Assembly: GCA_963815115.1 (NCBI GenBank)
Contig: CAWFFN010000009.1
Coordinates: forward strand, 1,760,001-1,824,000
Direction: 5' to 3'
DNA length: 64,000 nucleotides
Source: an uncultured delta proteobacterium
GTDB lineage: Bacteria; Desulfobacterota; Binatia; DP-6
Below are positions 48,267-56,765 of the stretch, one piece after another. The notes beneath the pieces are model-generated. The model had not been told where the DNA came from. It was given only the letters and a program-made list of their open reading frames with translations, and made no database searches. The translations under genes were made by a program, and so were the position numbers. Every line of letters starts with the position of its first letter. Position 1 is the stretch's first letter.

Positions 48267-49248
48267 CCCCTGGTTCCTCCTGCTGCTCGGACTCCTGGCC
48301 GTTCTGCTCCCGTGGCGGCGCCGGGCGGCGCGCGAGGCCGCCGTGCGGTTCCCGTCGCTCGGCGTGCTGCGACTGGTCGCCCCTGCCGGCGCCGCCCATC
48401 GCCGCGCCGTGCTCGGCGTGCTGCGCGCGCTCGTGCTCGTGCTCCTCGTGGTCGCGCTCGCGCGCCCCCAGCTCGGCACCGCCGAGGCGACCGTGCACCG
48501 CGAGGGAGTCGACGTCGTCCTGGCCGTCGACATCTCGGGCAGCATGATGGCCGAGGACTTCACCCTCGACGGCAAGCGCGCGAGCCGGCTCGACGCCGTC
48601 AAGTCGGTGGTGCGCGAGTTCGTCGCCAACCGCCCGCAGGACCGTATCGGACTCGTGCTGTTCGCCGGCCGCCCGTACACCCAGGCGCCGCTCACCCTCG
48701 ACCACGGCTGGCTCCTGCAGAATCTCGGCCGGGCCAAGGTCGGGCTGATCGAGGACGGCACGGCCGTCGGATCGGCGGTGGCGACCGCGGCGGACCGGCT
48801 GCGGGCGTCGACCGCGCCGAGCAAGTTCGTCGTGCTGCTCACCGACGGACAGAGCAACGCCGGACGCATCACCCCGCAGACGGCCGCCGAGGCGGCAGCC
48901 GCGCTCGGCATCAAGGTCTATACCGTCGGGGCGGGCACACACGGCACGGCGCCGTTTCCCGTGCAGGACTTCTTCGGCAACACGGTGTACCGGCCGCTCG
49001 AGGTGGACATCGACGAGGCGACCCTCGAGCAGATCGCCAAGACCACCGGCGCCAGGTACTTCCGGGCGACGGACACGCAGAGCCTGCGGGACGTCTACAC
49101 CGAGATCGATCGGGCCGAGAAGGTGCCCTTCGAGGCGCCGGAGTTCCTCGACTACCGCGAAGGCTATCCCTGGCTCCTCTGGCCGGCGCTCGGGCTCCTT
49201 CTCCTCGAGGCGGTGCTCGGCGAGACCGTGCTGCGCAAGCTGCCATGA
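48253..49248 (+). CDS. batA: BatA-like VWA domain protein
   Basis: P.FL.LL, ALARPQ, MIDAS DISGSM, DRIGLV.F, PLT.D, GTA.G, LTDG. Confidence 0.9.
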   Translation: MRLADPWFLLLLGLLAVLLPWRRRAAREAAVRFPSLGVLRLVAPAGAAHRRAVLGVLRALVLVLLVVALARPQLGTAEATVHREGVDVVLAVDISGSMMAEDFTLDGKRASRLDAVKSVVREFVANRPQDRIGLVLFAGRPYTQAPLTLDHGWLLQNLGRAKVGLIEDGTAVGSAVATAADRLRASTAPSKFVVLLTDGQSNAGRITPQTAAEAAAALGIKVYTVGAGTHGTAPFPVQDFFGNTVYRPLEVDIDEATLEQIAKTTGARYFRATDTQSLRDVYTEIDRAEKVPFEAPEFLDYREGYPWLLWPALGLLLLEAVLGETVLRKLP

Positions 49249-51200
49249 TCGCGTGGCGTGATCCTGCCAGCCTGGCGCTCCTGGTGCTGGTGGCGGCGCT
49301 GGCCGCGTTTCTCGCCTGGGCGGCGAGGCGGCGTGCCCGCGCGCTGGCCGAGTTCGTGGCGGCGGCGTTGCAACCGACCGTCGCGCCCGACGTCGATCCC
49401 CGCCGGCGCTCGCTGCGCGCGTGGCTGATCGTCGCGGGGGCGGGCCTGATGGTCGTCGCCCTCGCCGGCCCGATGTGGGGGTTCCGCTGGGAGCAGGTGA
49501 AGCGCCAGGGAATCGACCTGGTGATCGCGCTCGACACCTCGCGCAGCATGCTCGCGACCGACGTGAAGCCCGACCGTCTCGGCCGCGCCAAGCTCGCGGT
49601 ACGCGATCTCGTCGCCGAGACTCGCGGCGACCGCCTCGGCCTCGTGGCCTTCGCGGGCTCGGCCTTTCTCCAGTGTCCGCTCACCCTCGACCGGGGGGCG
49701 TTCCTGGAGAGTCTCGACGCCATCCAGGTCGGCATCATCCCGCGCGGAGGCACCGCGCTGGCGGCGGCGATCGACACCAGCCTCCAGGCCTTCGAGGGAC
49801 GCCAGGGCAACCACCAGGCGATGGTTCTCATCACCGACGGCGAGAGCCACGAGGGCGATCTCGACGGGGCGATCAAGCGCGCCAAGGAGCGCGGCGTGCG
49901 CATCTTCACCGTCGGCATCGGCACGCCGGAGGGCGAGCTCATTCCCGGCCCGAACGGGGGCTTCTTCAAGGATCGCCAGGGCCAGGTGGTCAAGTCGCGG
50001 CTCGACGAGGCGACGCTCGAGCGCATCGCGGTCGAGACCGGCGGGGTCTACCTGCGCGCCGCCGGCGCCGGGCTCGGCCTGTCGGAGCTCTACCGGGACC
50101 ACATCGCCACCCTCGAGAAACGCGAGCTCGAGAGCACCCTCGAACGCCGCTACGACCTGCGCTACCAGCTCCCGCTCGCGCTCGCCTTCCTGCTCCTCCT
50201 GGTCGAGCCGCTCATCGGCGAGCGCCGCACGGCCGGCGCGGGGTCGCGCTGGCGGCGCTGGCGTGGCGCGGTCGCAGCGCTGCTCCTGGCGTCGATGTCG
50301 GTCGGATGGCTCGATCCGCACGGGCGCGCGCGCGAGGGCAATCGCCTCTACGAGGCGGGGAAGTTCGACGACGCGGCGGAGCGGTACAACCAGGCGCTGG
50401 TCGACGACCCGGATTCGGCCGGCCTGCATCTGAGCCTGGGTGATGCGCGCTACAAGGCGGGCAAGCTCGACGACGCGCAGGCGGCGTTCCAGAAGGTCCC
50501 GGCCACGCCCGACGATCCGGGCCGCGCGGCGCGCCTCGCCTACAACCTCGGGAACACCAAGTTCCGGCAGGGCGAGGCGGTGCAGGGCACCGAGCCACAG
50601 AAGTCCCTCCAGCTCTGGACCGACGCGCTGGTCGACTATCGACGCGCGCTGGGCGCGGAGCCCGACGACCAGGACGCGAAGTTCAACCACGAGCTCGTGG
50701 AGCGGAAGATCGCGGCCCTCAAGAAGAAGCTCGAGGAGCAAGAGAAGGAGAAGAAGCAGAAGCAGGAGCAGCAGCAGCAGCAAGGCAAGGGCGACCAGCA
50801 GCAGGACAAGCAAGAGCAGGACCAGCAGGGCAAGGAGCAGCAAAAGGAGCAACAGCAGGGCCAGGACCAGCAGGCCAACCAGCAGCAGGGCGGCTCCGAC
50901 CAGCAGGACCAGCAGCAGAAGCAGGGCGACGAGCAGCAGCCGTCGCAGCCCGGGGAGCAGGACGAGCAGCGGGACGCTCGTCAGGGAGCGCAGCCACAGG
51001 AGGCGCAGCAGCAGCCCCAGCGGCAGGGCGAGGAGAACACGCCCGCAGGGGAGGGCGCCGCGGCTCGCCGTCCGAGCGAGATGACGCCGCAGGAGGCCGC
51101 CGCCCTGCTCGATGCGTTGCGGAGCCAGGAGGTCCAGCCCGGGGACATCAACAAGCGGCTGCAAGGCGCGCGGGTCGCCGAGCCCCGGGAGGACTGGTGA
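49245..51200 (+). CDS. batB: BatB-like VWA domain fused to BatC-like TPR domain and Gln-rich tail
   Basis: ALAGP.WG, DTSRSM, PLT.D, ITDGE; GN.LY..G.F..A, YNLGN, DAKFN.E; Q-rich segment; terminal EDW. Confidence 0.9.
   Translation: MIAWRDPASLALLVLVAALAAFLAWAARRRARALAEFVAAALQPTVAPDVDPRRRSLRAWLIVAGAGLMVVALAGPMWGFRWEQVKRQGIDLVIALDTSRSMLATDVKPDRLGRAKLAVRDLVAETRGDRLGLVAFAGSAFLQCPLTLDRGAFLESLDAIQVGIIPRGGTALAAAIDTSLQAFEGRQGNHQAMVLITDGESHEGDLDGAIKRAKERGVRIFTVGIGTPEGELIPGPNGGFFKDRQGQVVKSRLDEATLERIAVETGGVYLRAAGAGLGLSELYRDHIATLEKRELESTLERRYDLRYQLPLALAFLLLLVEPLIGERRTAGAGSRWRRWRGAVAALLLASMSVGWLDPHGRAREGNRLYEAGKFDDAAERYNQALVDDPDSAGLHLSLGDARYKAGKLDDAQAAFQKVPATPDDPGRAARLAYNLGNTKFRQGEAVQGTEPQKSLQLWTDALVDYRRALGAEPDDQDAKFNHELVERKIAALKKKLEEQEKEKKQKQEQQQQQGKGDQQQDKQEQDQQGKEQQKEQQQGQDQQANQQQGGSDQQDQQQKQGDEQQPSQPGEQDEQRDARQGAQPQEAQQQPQRQGEENTPAGEGAAARRPSEMTPQEAAALLDALRSQEVQPGDINKRLQGARVAEPREDW
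50735..51030 (+). repeat. Low-complexity CAG/GAG/AAG-rich tract encoding a Q/E/K linker
   Basis: Seen directly within the BatB/C fusion. Confidence 0.85.
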
Positions 51201-53695
51201 GCGTGCGATCGGCCCTGTCCGCGGTGGCGCTCCTCGTGCTCGCCACCGCGGCCCGTGCCGCGATCACCGCGCAGGCGACGCTCGATCCTCCGCGCGTGGC
51301 GGTGGGCGAGCCGTCCGATCTCGCCGTCGAGGTCCGCGGCACGCAGAGCGCCACTGCGCCGAAGCTTCCGGCCGTCGACGGTCTCACCTTCCGCTACGTC
51401 GGACCTGCGACGCAGCTCTCCATCGTGAACGGCCAGACGAGCGCCTCGGTCACGCACCACTTCGCCGTCACGGCTCAGCGTGAGGGCACGTTCACGATCG
51501 GTCCGATCACCGTGCAGGCGGACGGGCAGAGCGTGCAGACCGGGAACGTCGTCCTGCAGGTGGCGGCGCGTGCCGGCGCCGGCGCGGCGCCGGCCGGGAG
51601 CGATCCCCTGATCCTCGATCTGCGAGCGTCCCGCACCACCGTGTACCTCCACGAGCGCCTGCCCTTCACCCTGGCGCTGCGCATCGACGACGTGCGCGTC
51701 GCCGACATGCAGTATCCCCAGGTCCCCGGCGACGGCTTCTCCGTCGAGGCCTTTCCCCAGCCATCGCAGCGGCAGGAGACGCGCAACGGCGCCGCCATCC
51801 AGGTGGTCGAGTTCCAGGGCGCCCTGACGCCGCTGCGCGCCGGCTCCGTGAGCGTGGGGCCGGCGACCGTCTCCGTGACCACGCTGAGCGAGCGGGCCGC
51901 CGGGCGGCACGGCTTCTTCTTCGGCGGCCCGGTGCGTCAGGTCCGGGAGGTCGCGAGTCAGCCGCTCGTCCTGGACGTGCTCCCGCTTCCCGAGAACGGA
52001 AAGCCGGCGGACTTCTCGGGCGCCGTCGGTCGCTTCACGCTCGACTCGAAGGCGGCCCCGCTCCAGCTCGCGGCGGGCGATCCGGTCACGCTCACCTACT
52101 CGCTTCGGGGTGAGGGCGACCTCTCGTCCGCGGCTCCGCCGGCGCTGGTCGGCAGCGATGCGCTGCGCGTCTACCCCGTGCAGAGCGTGGCGACCCCGGC
52201 GGGCAGTCCCGCGGGAACCCGCATCTTCGAGCAGGTGGTGATCCCGCAACGGCCCGGCACCGTGCGCCTCCCGGCTCCGCGCTTCAGCTTCTTCGATCCC
52301 GAGGCGCGCGCCTATCGCGTCGCCGCCGCGCAGCCGATCACGCTCACCGTGCGCGCCGCACCCGCCGGAGCGACGACGCCCCAGATCGTCGGAGCGCCGG
52401 GCTCCCGGGCGACCAGGCCCGCGGAGCCGGTCGGCCGCGACATCGTGTTCATCAAGGACACGCCGGGCGCGCTCGCGCCGCCCGGCGCTCACCGCTGGCG
52501 CAGCCCGGCCTTCTGGGCGCTGCAGATGCTCCCGGTCCTCGTCTGGCTCGGCGCCATGCTGATCGACCGGCGCCGGCGGCGGCTCGGGACCGACGTGCGC
52601 TACGCGCGCTTCACGCAGGCGGGGCGAGCGGTGCGCGCGGCGCTGGGCGAGGCGCGCGCCGCCCTCGCGACGGGAAACGCGGCGGTCTTCTACGACCGGG
52701 TGGCGCGCGCTCTCGGCGACTACCTGGCCGCCAAGCTCGATCTGCCGCCCGGCGGTGTGACGCCGGACGAGATGAGCGCTCGCTTGCAGGGCGCGCGGCT
52801 TCCCGACGGCGTCGCCGACGAGCTGCGCGCCTTCCTCGCGAGTTGCGAGGAGGTTCGCTTCGCGCCCTCGGCGGCGGGTGACGGGGACATGCGGCGCACG
52901 CTGGCCCGGGCCGAGTCGCTGGTGCGTGCGCTCGAGCGCTCGCGCCGCTTCGGACGGGCGGCAGCTGCCGTCCTCGTCCTGCTGGTCGCGGCCGCCGCCG
53001 GGGCGGCCGAGAACCCCCAGGCCATCTTCTTCAAGGGCAACGGGCTGTACGCCGACGGCCGCTACGCCGAGGCGGCGGCGGAGTACGAGCGTATGCTGGG
53101 GACGGGGGTCGCGAGCGCGAACGCCTACTTCAACCTCGGCAACGCCTACCTGAAGGCCGGTGATGCGGGCCGCGCCGTGCTCGCGTACGAGCGGGCCCGG
53201 CGCCTCGCGCCCGGCGACCCCGACGTGCGTGCGAACCTGGCGTTCGCGCGCGCGGACGACGCAAGCGGGGACGAGCCGCCGCGCTGGACGCGGGTCGCGT
53301 TCCCCCTGGCCGCGGTCTGGTCGAGCGACACGCTGGTCGCCGTCGCCGCCGCGGCGTGGTGGCTGCTCTTCCTGGTGCTCGCCGTGCGCCAGCTGCTTGC
53401 GGCGGCGCGCCGGCCGGCGGGGTGGGCCGCCCTCGCCGCGGGCGTCGTCCTTGCCGTCGCGGGTGCGTCGGCGGCGTACCGGCTCTACACCCTCGATCTC
53501 CGCCGCATGGCGGCGGTCGTGGCACCAGCCACGGTCGCGGTGCGCTTCGAGCCGACGGCGAACGGGACGGTGCACTTCCGGGCCAAGTCGGGGACCACCC
53601 TGCGCCTGCTCGGCGAGCGCGAGGGCTGGGTGCAGGTGGCGCGTCCGGACGGTCTGCGCGGCTGGGTCGAGCGCGACGCGGTCGGTGAGCTGTAG
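51197..53695 (+). CDS. batD: BatD-like protein fused to BatE-like TPR and SH3 domains
   Basis: Signal peptide; S.VNG, F.GAVG.F, G.G.L, F.FFDP; F.KGN..Y, YFNLGNAY.K.G..G.A.L.YERA; C-terminal W......G..GWV. Confidence 0.9.
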   Translation: MSVRSALSAVALLVLATAARAAITAQATLDPPRVAVGEPSDLAVEVRGTQSATAPKLPAVDGLTFRYVGPATQLSIVNGQTSASVTHHFAVTAQREGTFTIGPITVQADGQSVQTGNVVLQVAARAGAGAAPAGSDPLILDLRASRTTVYLHERLPFTLALRIDDVRVADMQYPQVPGDGFSVEAFPQPSQRQETRNGAAIQVVEFQGALTPLRAGSVSVGPATVSVTTLSERAAGRHGFFFGGPVRQVREVASQPLVLDVLPLPENGKPADFSGAVGRFTLDSKAAPLQLAAGDPVTLTYSLRGEGDLSSAAPPALVGSDALRVYPVQSVATPAGSPAGTRIFEQVVIPQRPGTVRLPAPRFSFFDPEARAYRVAAAQPITLTVRAAPAGATTPQIVGAPGSRATRPAEPVGRDIVFIKDTPGALAPPGAHRWRSPAFWALQMLPVLVWLGAMLIDRRRRRLGTDVRYARFTQAGRAVRAALGEARAALATGNAAVFYDRVARALGDYLAAKLDLPPGGVTPDEMSARLQGARLPDGVADELRAFLASCEEVRFAPSAAGDGDMRRTLARAESLVRALERSRRFGRAAAAVLVLLVAAAAGAAENPQAIFFKGNGLYADGRYAEAAAEYERMLGTGVASANAYFNLGNAYLKAGDAGRAVLAYERARRLAPGDPDVRANLAFARADDASGDEPPRWTRVAFPLAAVWSSDTLVAVAAAAWWLLFLVLAVRQLLAAARRPAGWAALAAGVVLAVAGASAAYRLYTLDLRRMAAVVAPATVAVRFEPTANGTVHFRAKSGTTLRLLGEREGWVQVARPDGLRGWVERDAVGEL

Positions 53696-53749
53696 AGCGG
53701 CAGCGGACGGCTCGTGACCTCGCGCCGGCGACGTGCTACCGGAGCCCGC

Positions 53750-53992
53750 ATGGCGAAGACGCGATCCTCACGGGCGAAGACCCGCGCGACCACCAAGCGA
53801 CGCTCCACGACCAGGCCGAAGGCGAAGGCGCGCTCGAAGCCGAAGACGAAGGCCAGGGCGAAGACCAGGACGAAGAGCAAGGCGAGGACGAAGCCCGCCA
53901 AGGCGGCCAGCACACCCAAGAGCACGGCCGCGACGTCGGCCGCGCCGGTGTGGCCCGGTCTTCCGCCCGGCTACTTCGACCGCGCCCGGTGA
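53750..53992 (+). CDS. Small Lys/Arg/Ala/Thr-rich histone-H1-like protein
   Basis: About 60 residues of K/R/A/T/S repeats followed by WPGLPPGYFDR. Confidence 0.55.
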   Translation: MAKTRSSRAKTRATTKRRSTTRPKAKARSKPKTKARAKTRTKSKARTKPAKAASTPKSTAATSAAPVWPGLPPGYFDRAR

Positions 53993-54011
53993 ACCTGCGG
54001 ACGGCGCTCTC

Positions 54012-54311
54012 CTAGCGCCCGCGGCACTCGGCGGTCGCGTCCACCAGCTCCTTCGGCACCTCGCGGTGGGCGATGCGGTTCTCGAAGGCGAGGTACTCGT
54101 CGAGCGAGAACTTGCGCTGGACGCGGTCGATGGCGCAGCGGCAGACCGACTCCTCGGCGTTGGTCTTGCACGCGGCCACGAAGGCCTCCACGATCTCCGG
54201 AGGGTAGGGGTTCGGGGGGGCGCTGCCCCCGCACGCGATCAGCGGGACCATCGCCAGGGCCGTGGCCCACGTGAGCACCCACCGCCCCAGCCTGGCCCGA
54301 CCCCGGCGCAT
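54012..54311 (-). CDS. Small lipoprotein with C...CxC...C motif
   Basis: Lipobox LIAC; YP......F...C......CRC. Confidence 0.65.
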   Translation of the reverse strand: MRRGRARLGRWVLTWATALAMVPLIACGGSAPPNPYPPEIVEAFVAACKTNAEESVCRCAIDRVQRKFSLDEYLAFENRIAHREVPKELVDATAECRGR

Positions 54312-54420
54312 CGCGCCGCAGCTAATTACAGATCCGGTGCGCGCGGGCCAGCGTGGCTGCACGACGGCTGGTCCGAATGGACGATGGACGGCCGGCGGGG
54401 CACTCGTGCTAGAGAACCGC

Positions 54421-55392
54421 ATGCGGTACGTGCAGCTCGGTCGCGCCGGAGTCCAGGTGAGCCGGCTCTGCCTCGGCACCATGAACTTCGGCCCTCTCAC
54501 CAGCGAGGCCGATAGCGGCGCGATCATGGACCAGGCGCTCGAGCTCGGCATCAACTTCTTCGACACGGCGAACGTCTACGGCTGGAAGACCGGCGAGGGA
54601 GTCACCGAGCAGATCGTCGGCCGCTGGCTGGCGCAGGGCGGCGGACGCCGCGACCGCATCGTGCTGGCGACCAAGGTCTACGGGCGGATGGGCAAGGGCC
54701 CCAACGATACCCGCCTGTCCGCGCTGCACATCCGCCGCGCCTGCGACGAGAGCCTGCGCCGCCTCCAGACCGACCACATCGATCTCTACCAGATGCACCA
54801 CGTCGACCGGGACACGCCGTGGGAGGAGATCTGGCAGGCGATCGAGGTGCTCGTGGCGCAGGGCAAGGTGCTCTACGTCGGGAGCAGCAACTTTGCCGGC
54901 TGGCACATCGCGCAGGCGAACGCCGCCGCCGCCACGCGCCATTTCCTCGGGCTCGTGTCGGAGCAGAGCCTGTACAACCTCACCGCCCGCACCATCGAGC
55001 TCGAGGTGATCCCGTCGTGCCGCGCGCACGGGCTCGGGTTGATCCCGTGGAGCCCGCTCGCGGGCGGGCTCCTCGGCGGCGCGCTCGGCAAGCTCGCCGA
55101 GGGCCGGCGTGCCTCGGATCGCCAGAAGGAGGCGATCGAGCGACACCACGCGACGCTCGAGGCGTACGAGGGCCTCTGTCGCGAGCTCGGCGAATCGCCG
55201 GCCGACGTCGCCCTCGCCTGGCTGCTCCACCGCAGAGAGGTGACCGCGCCCATCATCGGGCCGCGCACCATGGACCAGCTCACCGGCAGCCTGCGCGCCC
55301 TCGAGCTGACCCTGGCCGCGGAGACCCTCGAGCGCCTCGATCGCATCTGGCCCGGCCCCGGCGGCGAGGCGCCGGAGGCGTACGCCTGGTAG
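54421..55392 (+). CDS. Aldo/keto reductase
   Basis: LCLGTMNFG, FDTANVYG, LATK, SLRRLQTD.IDLYQ.H, GKV.Y.GSSN, PWSPL.GG. Confidence 0.95.
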   Translation: MRYVQLGRAGVQVSRLCLGTMNFGPLTSEADSGAIMDQALELGINFFDTANVYGWKTGEGVTEQIVGRWLAQGGGRRDRIVLATKVYGRMGKGPNDTRLSALHIRRACDESLRRLQTDHIDLYQMHHVDRDTPWEEIWQAIEVLVAQGKVLYVGSSNFAGWHIAQANAAAATRHFLGLVSEQSLYNLTARTIELEVIPSCRAHGLGLIPWSPLAGGLLGGALGKLAEGRRASDRQKEAIERHHATLEAYEGLCRELGESPADVALAWLLHRREVTAPIIGPRTMDQLTGSLRALELTLAAETLERLDRIWPGPGGEAPEAYAW

Positions 55393-55405
55393 GAGAGCCG
55401 CCGCG

Positions 55406-56380
55406 ATGACGATGCTCGGCCTGCGCTACGACCTGCGGGCGCCCGCGTTCGCGGGCGTCACCCATGCCGAGCTGTACGCGGCGTGCCTCGAGCAGTGCGC
55501 CTGGGCGGAGGTCCGTGGCTTCGACGTGGTCGCGCTGTCCGAGCACCACGGCGTCGACGACGGCTACATGTCGGCGCCCATCACGCTCGCCGCGGCGATC
55601 GCGGGGCGCACCCGGCGCCTGCAGATCAACATCGCCGCCGTCCTCGTCCCGCTCCACGATCCGGTGCGGCTGGCCGAGCAGCTCGCGGTCGTGCAGCTGG
55701 TCAGCGGCGGACGCCTGTCTCTCGTCGCCGGCATGGGCTACCGGGACGAGGAATTCGCGATGGCGGGCGTCGAGCGCCGGCAGCGCGGTCGCCTGCTCGA
55801 TGAGTACGTGCACGTGCTGCGACAGGCGTGGACGGGGGAGCCCTTCGAATGGCGCGGGCGCACCGTGCGGGCGACGCCGGCGCCGCCGTCTCCCCCCCTG
55901 GTGCTGATCGGCGGCTCGACGGAGAAGGCGGCGCGGCGCGCCGCCCGCCTGCGCGCCGGCTTCTTTCCCGCGATCGCCGATGCGGCGCTGGCCGCCGCAT
56001 ACGAGGAGGAGTGCGCGCGCCACGGATTCACCGGCTTCGTCGTCATGCCCGGAGGGCCGGGGTTCGTGCACGTCACCGAGAATCCCGAGCGCGACTGGGC
56101 GCGCATCGCTCCGCACGCGCTCTACGACGCCCAGACCTATGCCGCCTGGCAGCCGGCCGGGCAGCGCTCACAGGTCCACGTGGCGGCCACGACGCTCGAC
56201 GAGCTGCGGCGGAGCGGGGTCTACCGGGTGGTCACGCCGGACGAGTGCGTGGCGCTCGCCGAGGAATACGGCCGCGTCCTCCTGCACCCCCTGATGGGCG
56301 GCCTGTCGCCGGCGCTCGGCTGGGCGAGTCTCGAGTTGTTCGAACGCGCGGTGCTCCCGCGCTTGCGGAAGGCCGCGTGA
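55406..56380 (+). CDS. LLM-class flavin-dependent oxidoreductase
   Basis: LSEHH...DGY, PLHDPVRLAE, SGGRL..V.G.GYR..EF, AARRAAR. Confidence 0.9.
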   Translation: MTMLGLRYDLRAPAFAGVTHAELYAACLEQCAWAEVRGFDVVALSEHHGVDDGYMSAPITLAAAIAGRTRRLQINIAAVLVPLHDPVRLAEQLAVVQLVSGGRLSLVAGMGYRDEEFAMAGVERRQRGRLLDEYVHVLRQAWTGEPFEWRGRTVRATPAPPSPPLVLIGGSTEKAARRAARLRAGFFPAIADAALAAAYEEECARHGFTGFVVMPGGPGFVHVTENPERDWARIAPHALYDAQTYAAWQPAGQRSQVHVAATTLDELRRSGVYRVVTPDECVALAEEYGRVLLHPLMGGLSPALGWASLELFERAVLPRLRKAA

Positions 56381-56452
56381 GACGAGGTTGGCACGTCAGA
56401 TCGGGTGATCGCGCCGCATGAGGCGATTGCGCGGTCGCCTGCGGGGGACAGC

Positions 56453-56614
56453 ATGGCAACACAGCGGCAAACGAAAGGATGGTTCGGACGCGTCGCGGAC
56501 GAGCTCTACGTCGTCTCGCTGGTGGCCGCGGGAGCAATCGGCCTGGCGGCTGCGGTCGCGCTCTTGTTCCAGTTCGCGCTCCAGTTCACCCACTGGGCCG
56601 AGCAGCTCGACTAG
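56453..56614 (+). CDS. Small single-TM protein
   Basis: 53-aa ORF with one hydrophobic helix; GGGGGA upstream. Confidence 0.45.
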   Translation: MATQRQTKGWFGRVADELYVVSLVAAGAIGLAAAVALLFQFALQFTHWAEQLD

Positions 56615-56617
56615 GCG

Positions 56618-56760
56618 CGCGACCCGAGACTTCGCCTCGGGTCGGCACGTGCCACGTTTGCCGCGCCGGCTTCGCCGGCCGCGGCACGGCGCTCGCACGA
56701 CTCACCGAACGCCGCACGCTCGCCTCCGCTTTCGACCCCGAGACGGAGTCTCGGGTCGCG
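56618..56760. repeat. REP/MITE-like element with 13-bp terminal inverted repeats
   Basis: CGCGACCCGAGAC (56618-56630) and its reverse complement GTCTCGGGTCGCG (56748-56760); each end also forms a local hairpin. Confidence 0.55.
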
Positions 56761-56765
56761 TCCGA

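Noticed and set aside
49164-51164. Minus-strand ORF with a long poly-Leu 'membrane' stretch and a Cys-rich ORF at 50636-50878
   Set aside because: Antisense readings of the CAG-rich Gln linker of BatB/C.
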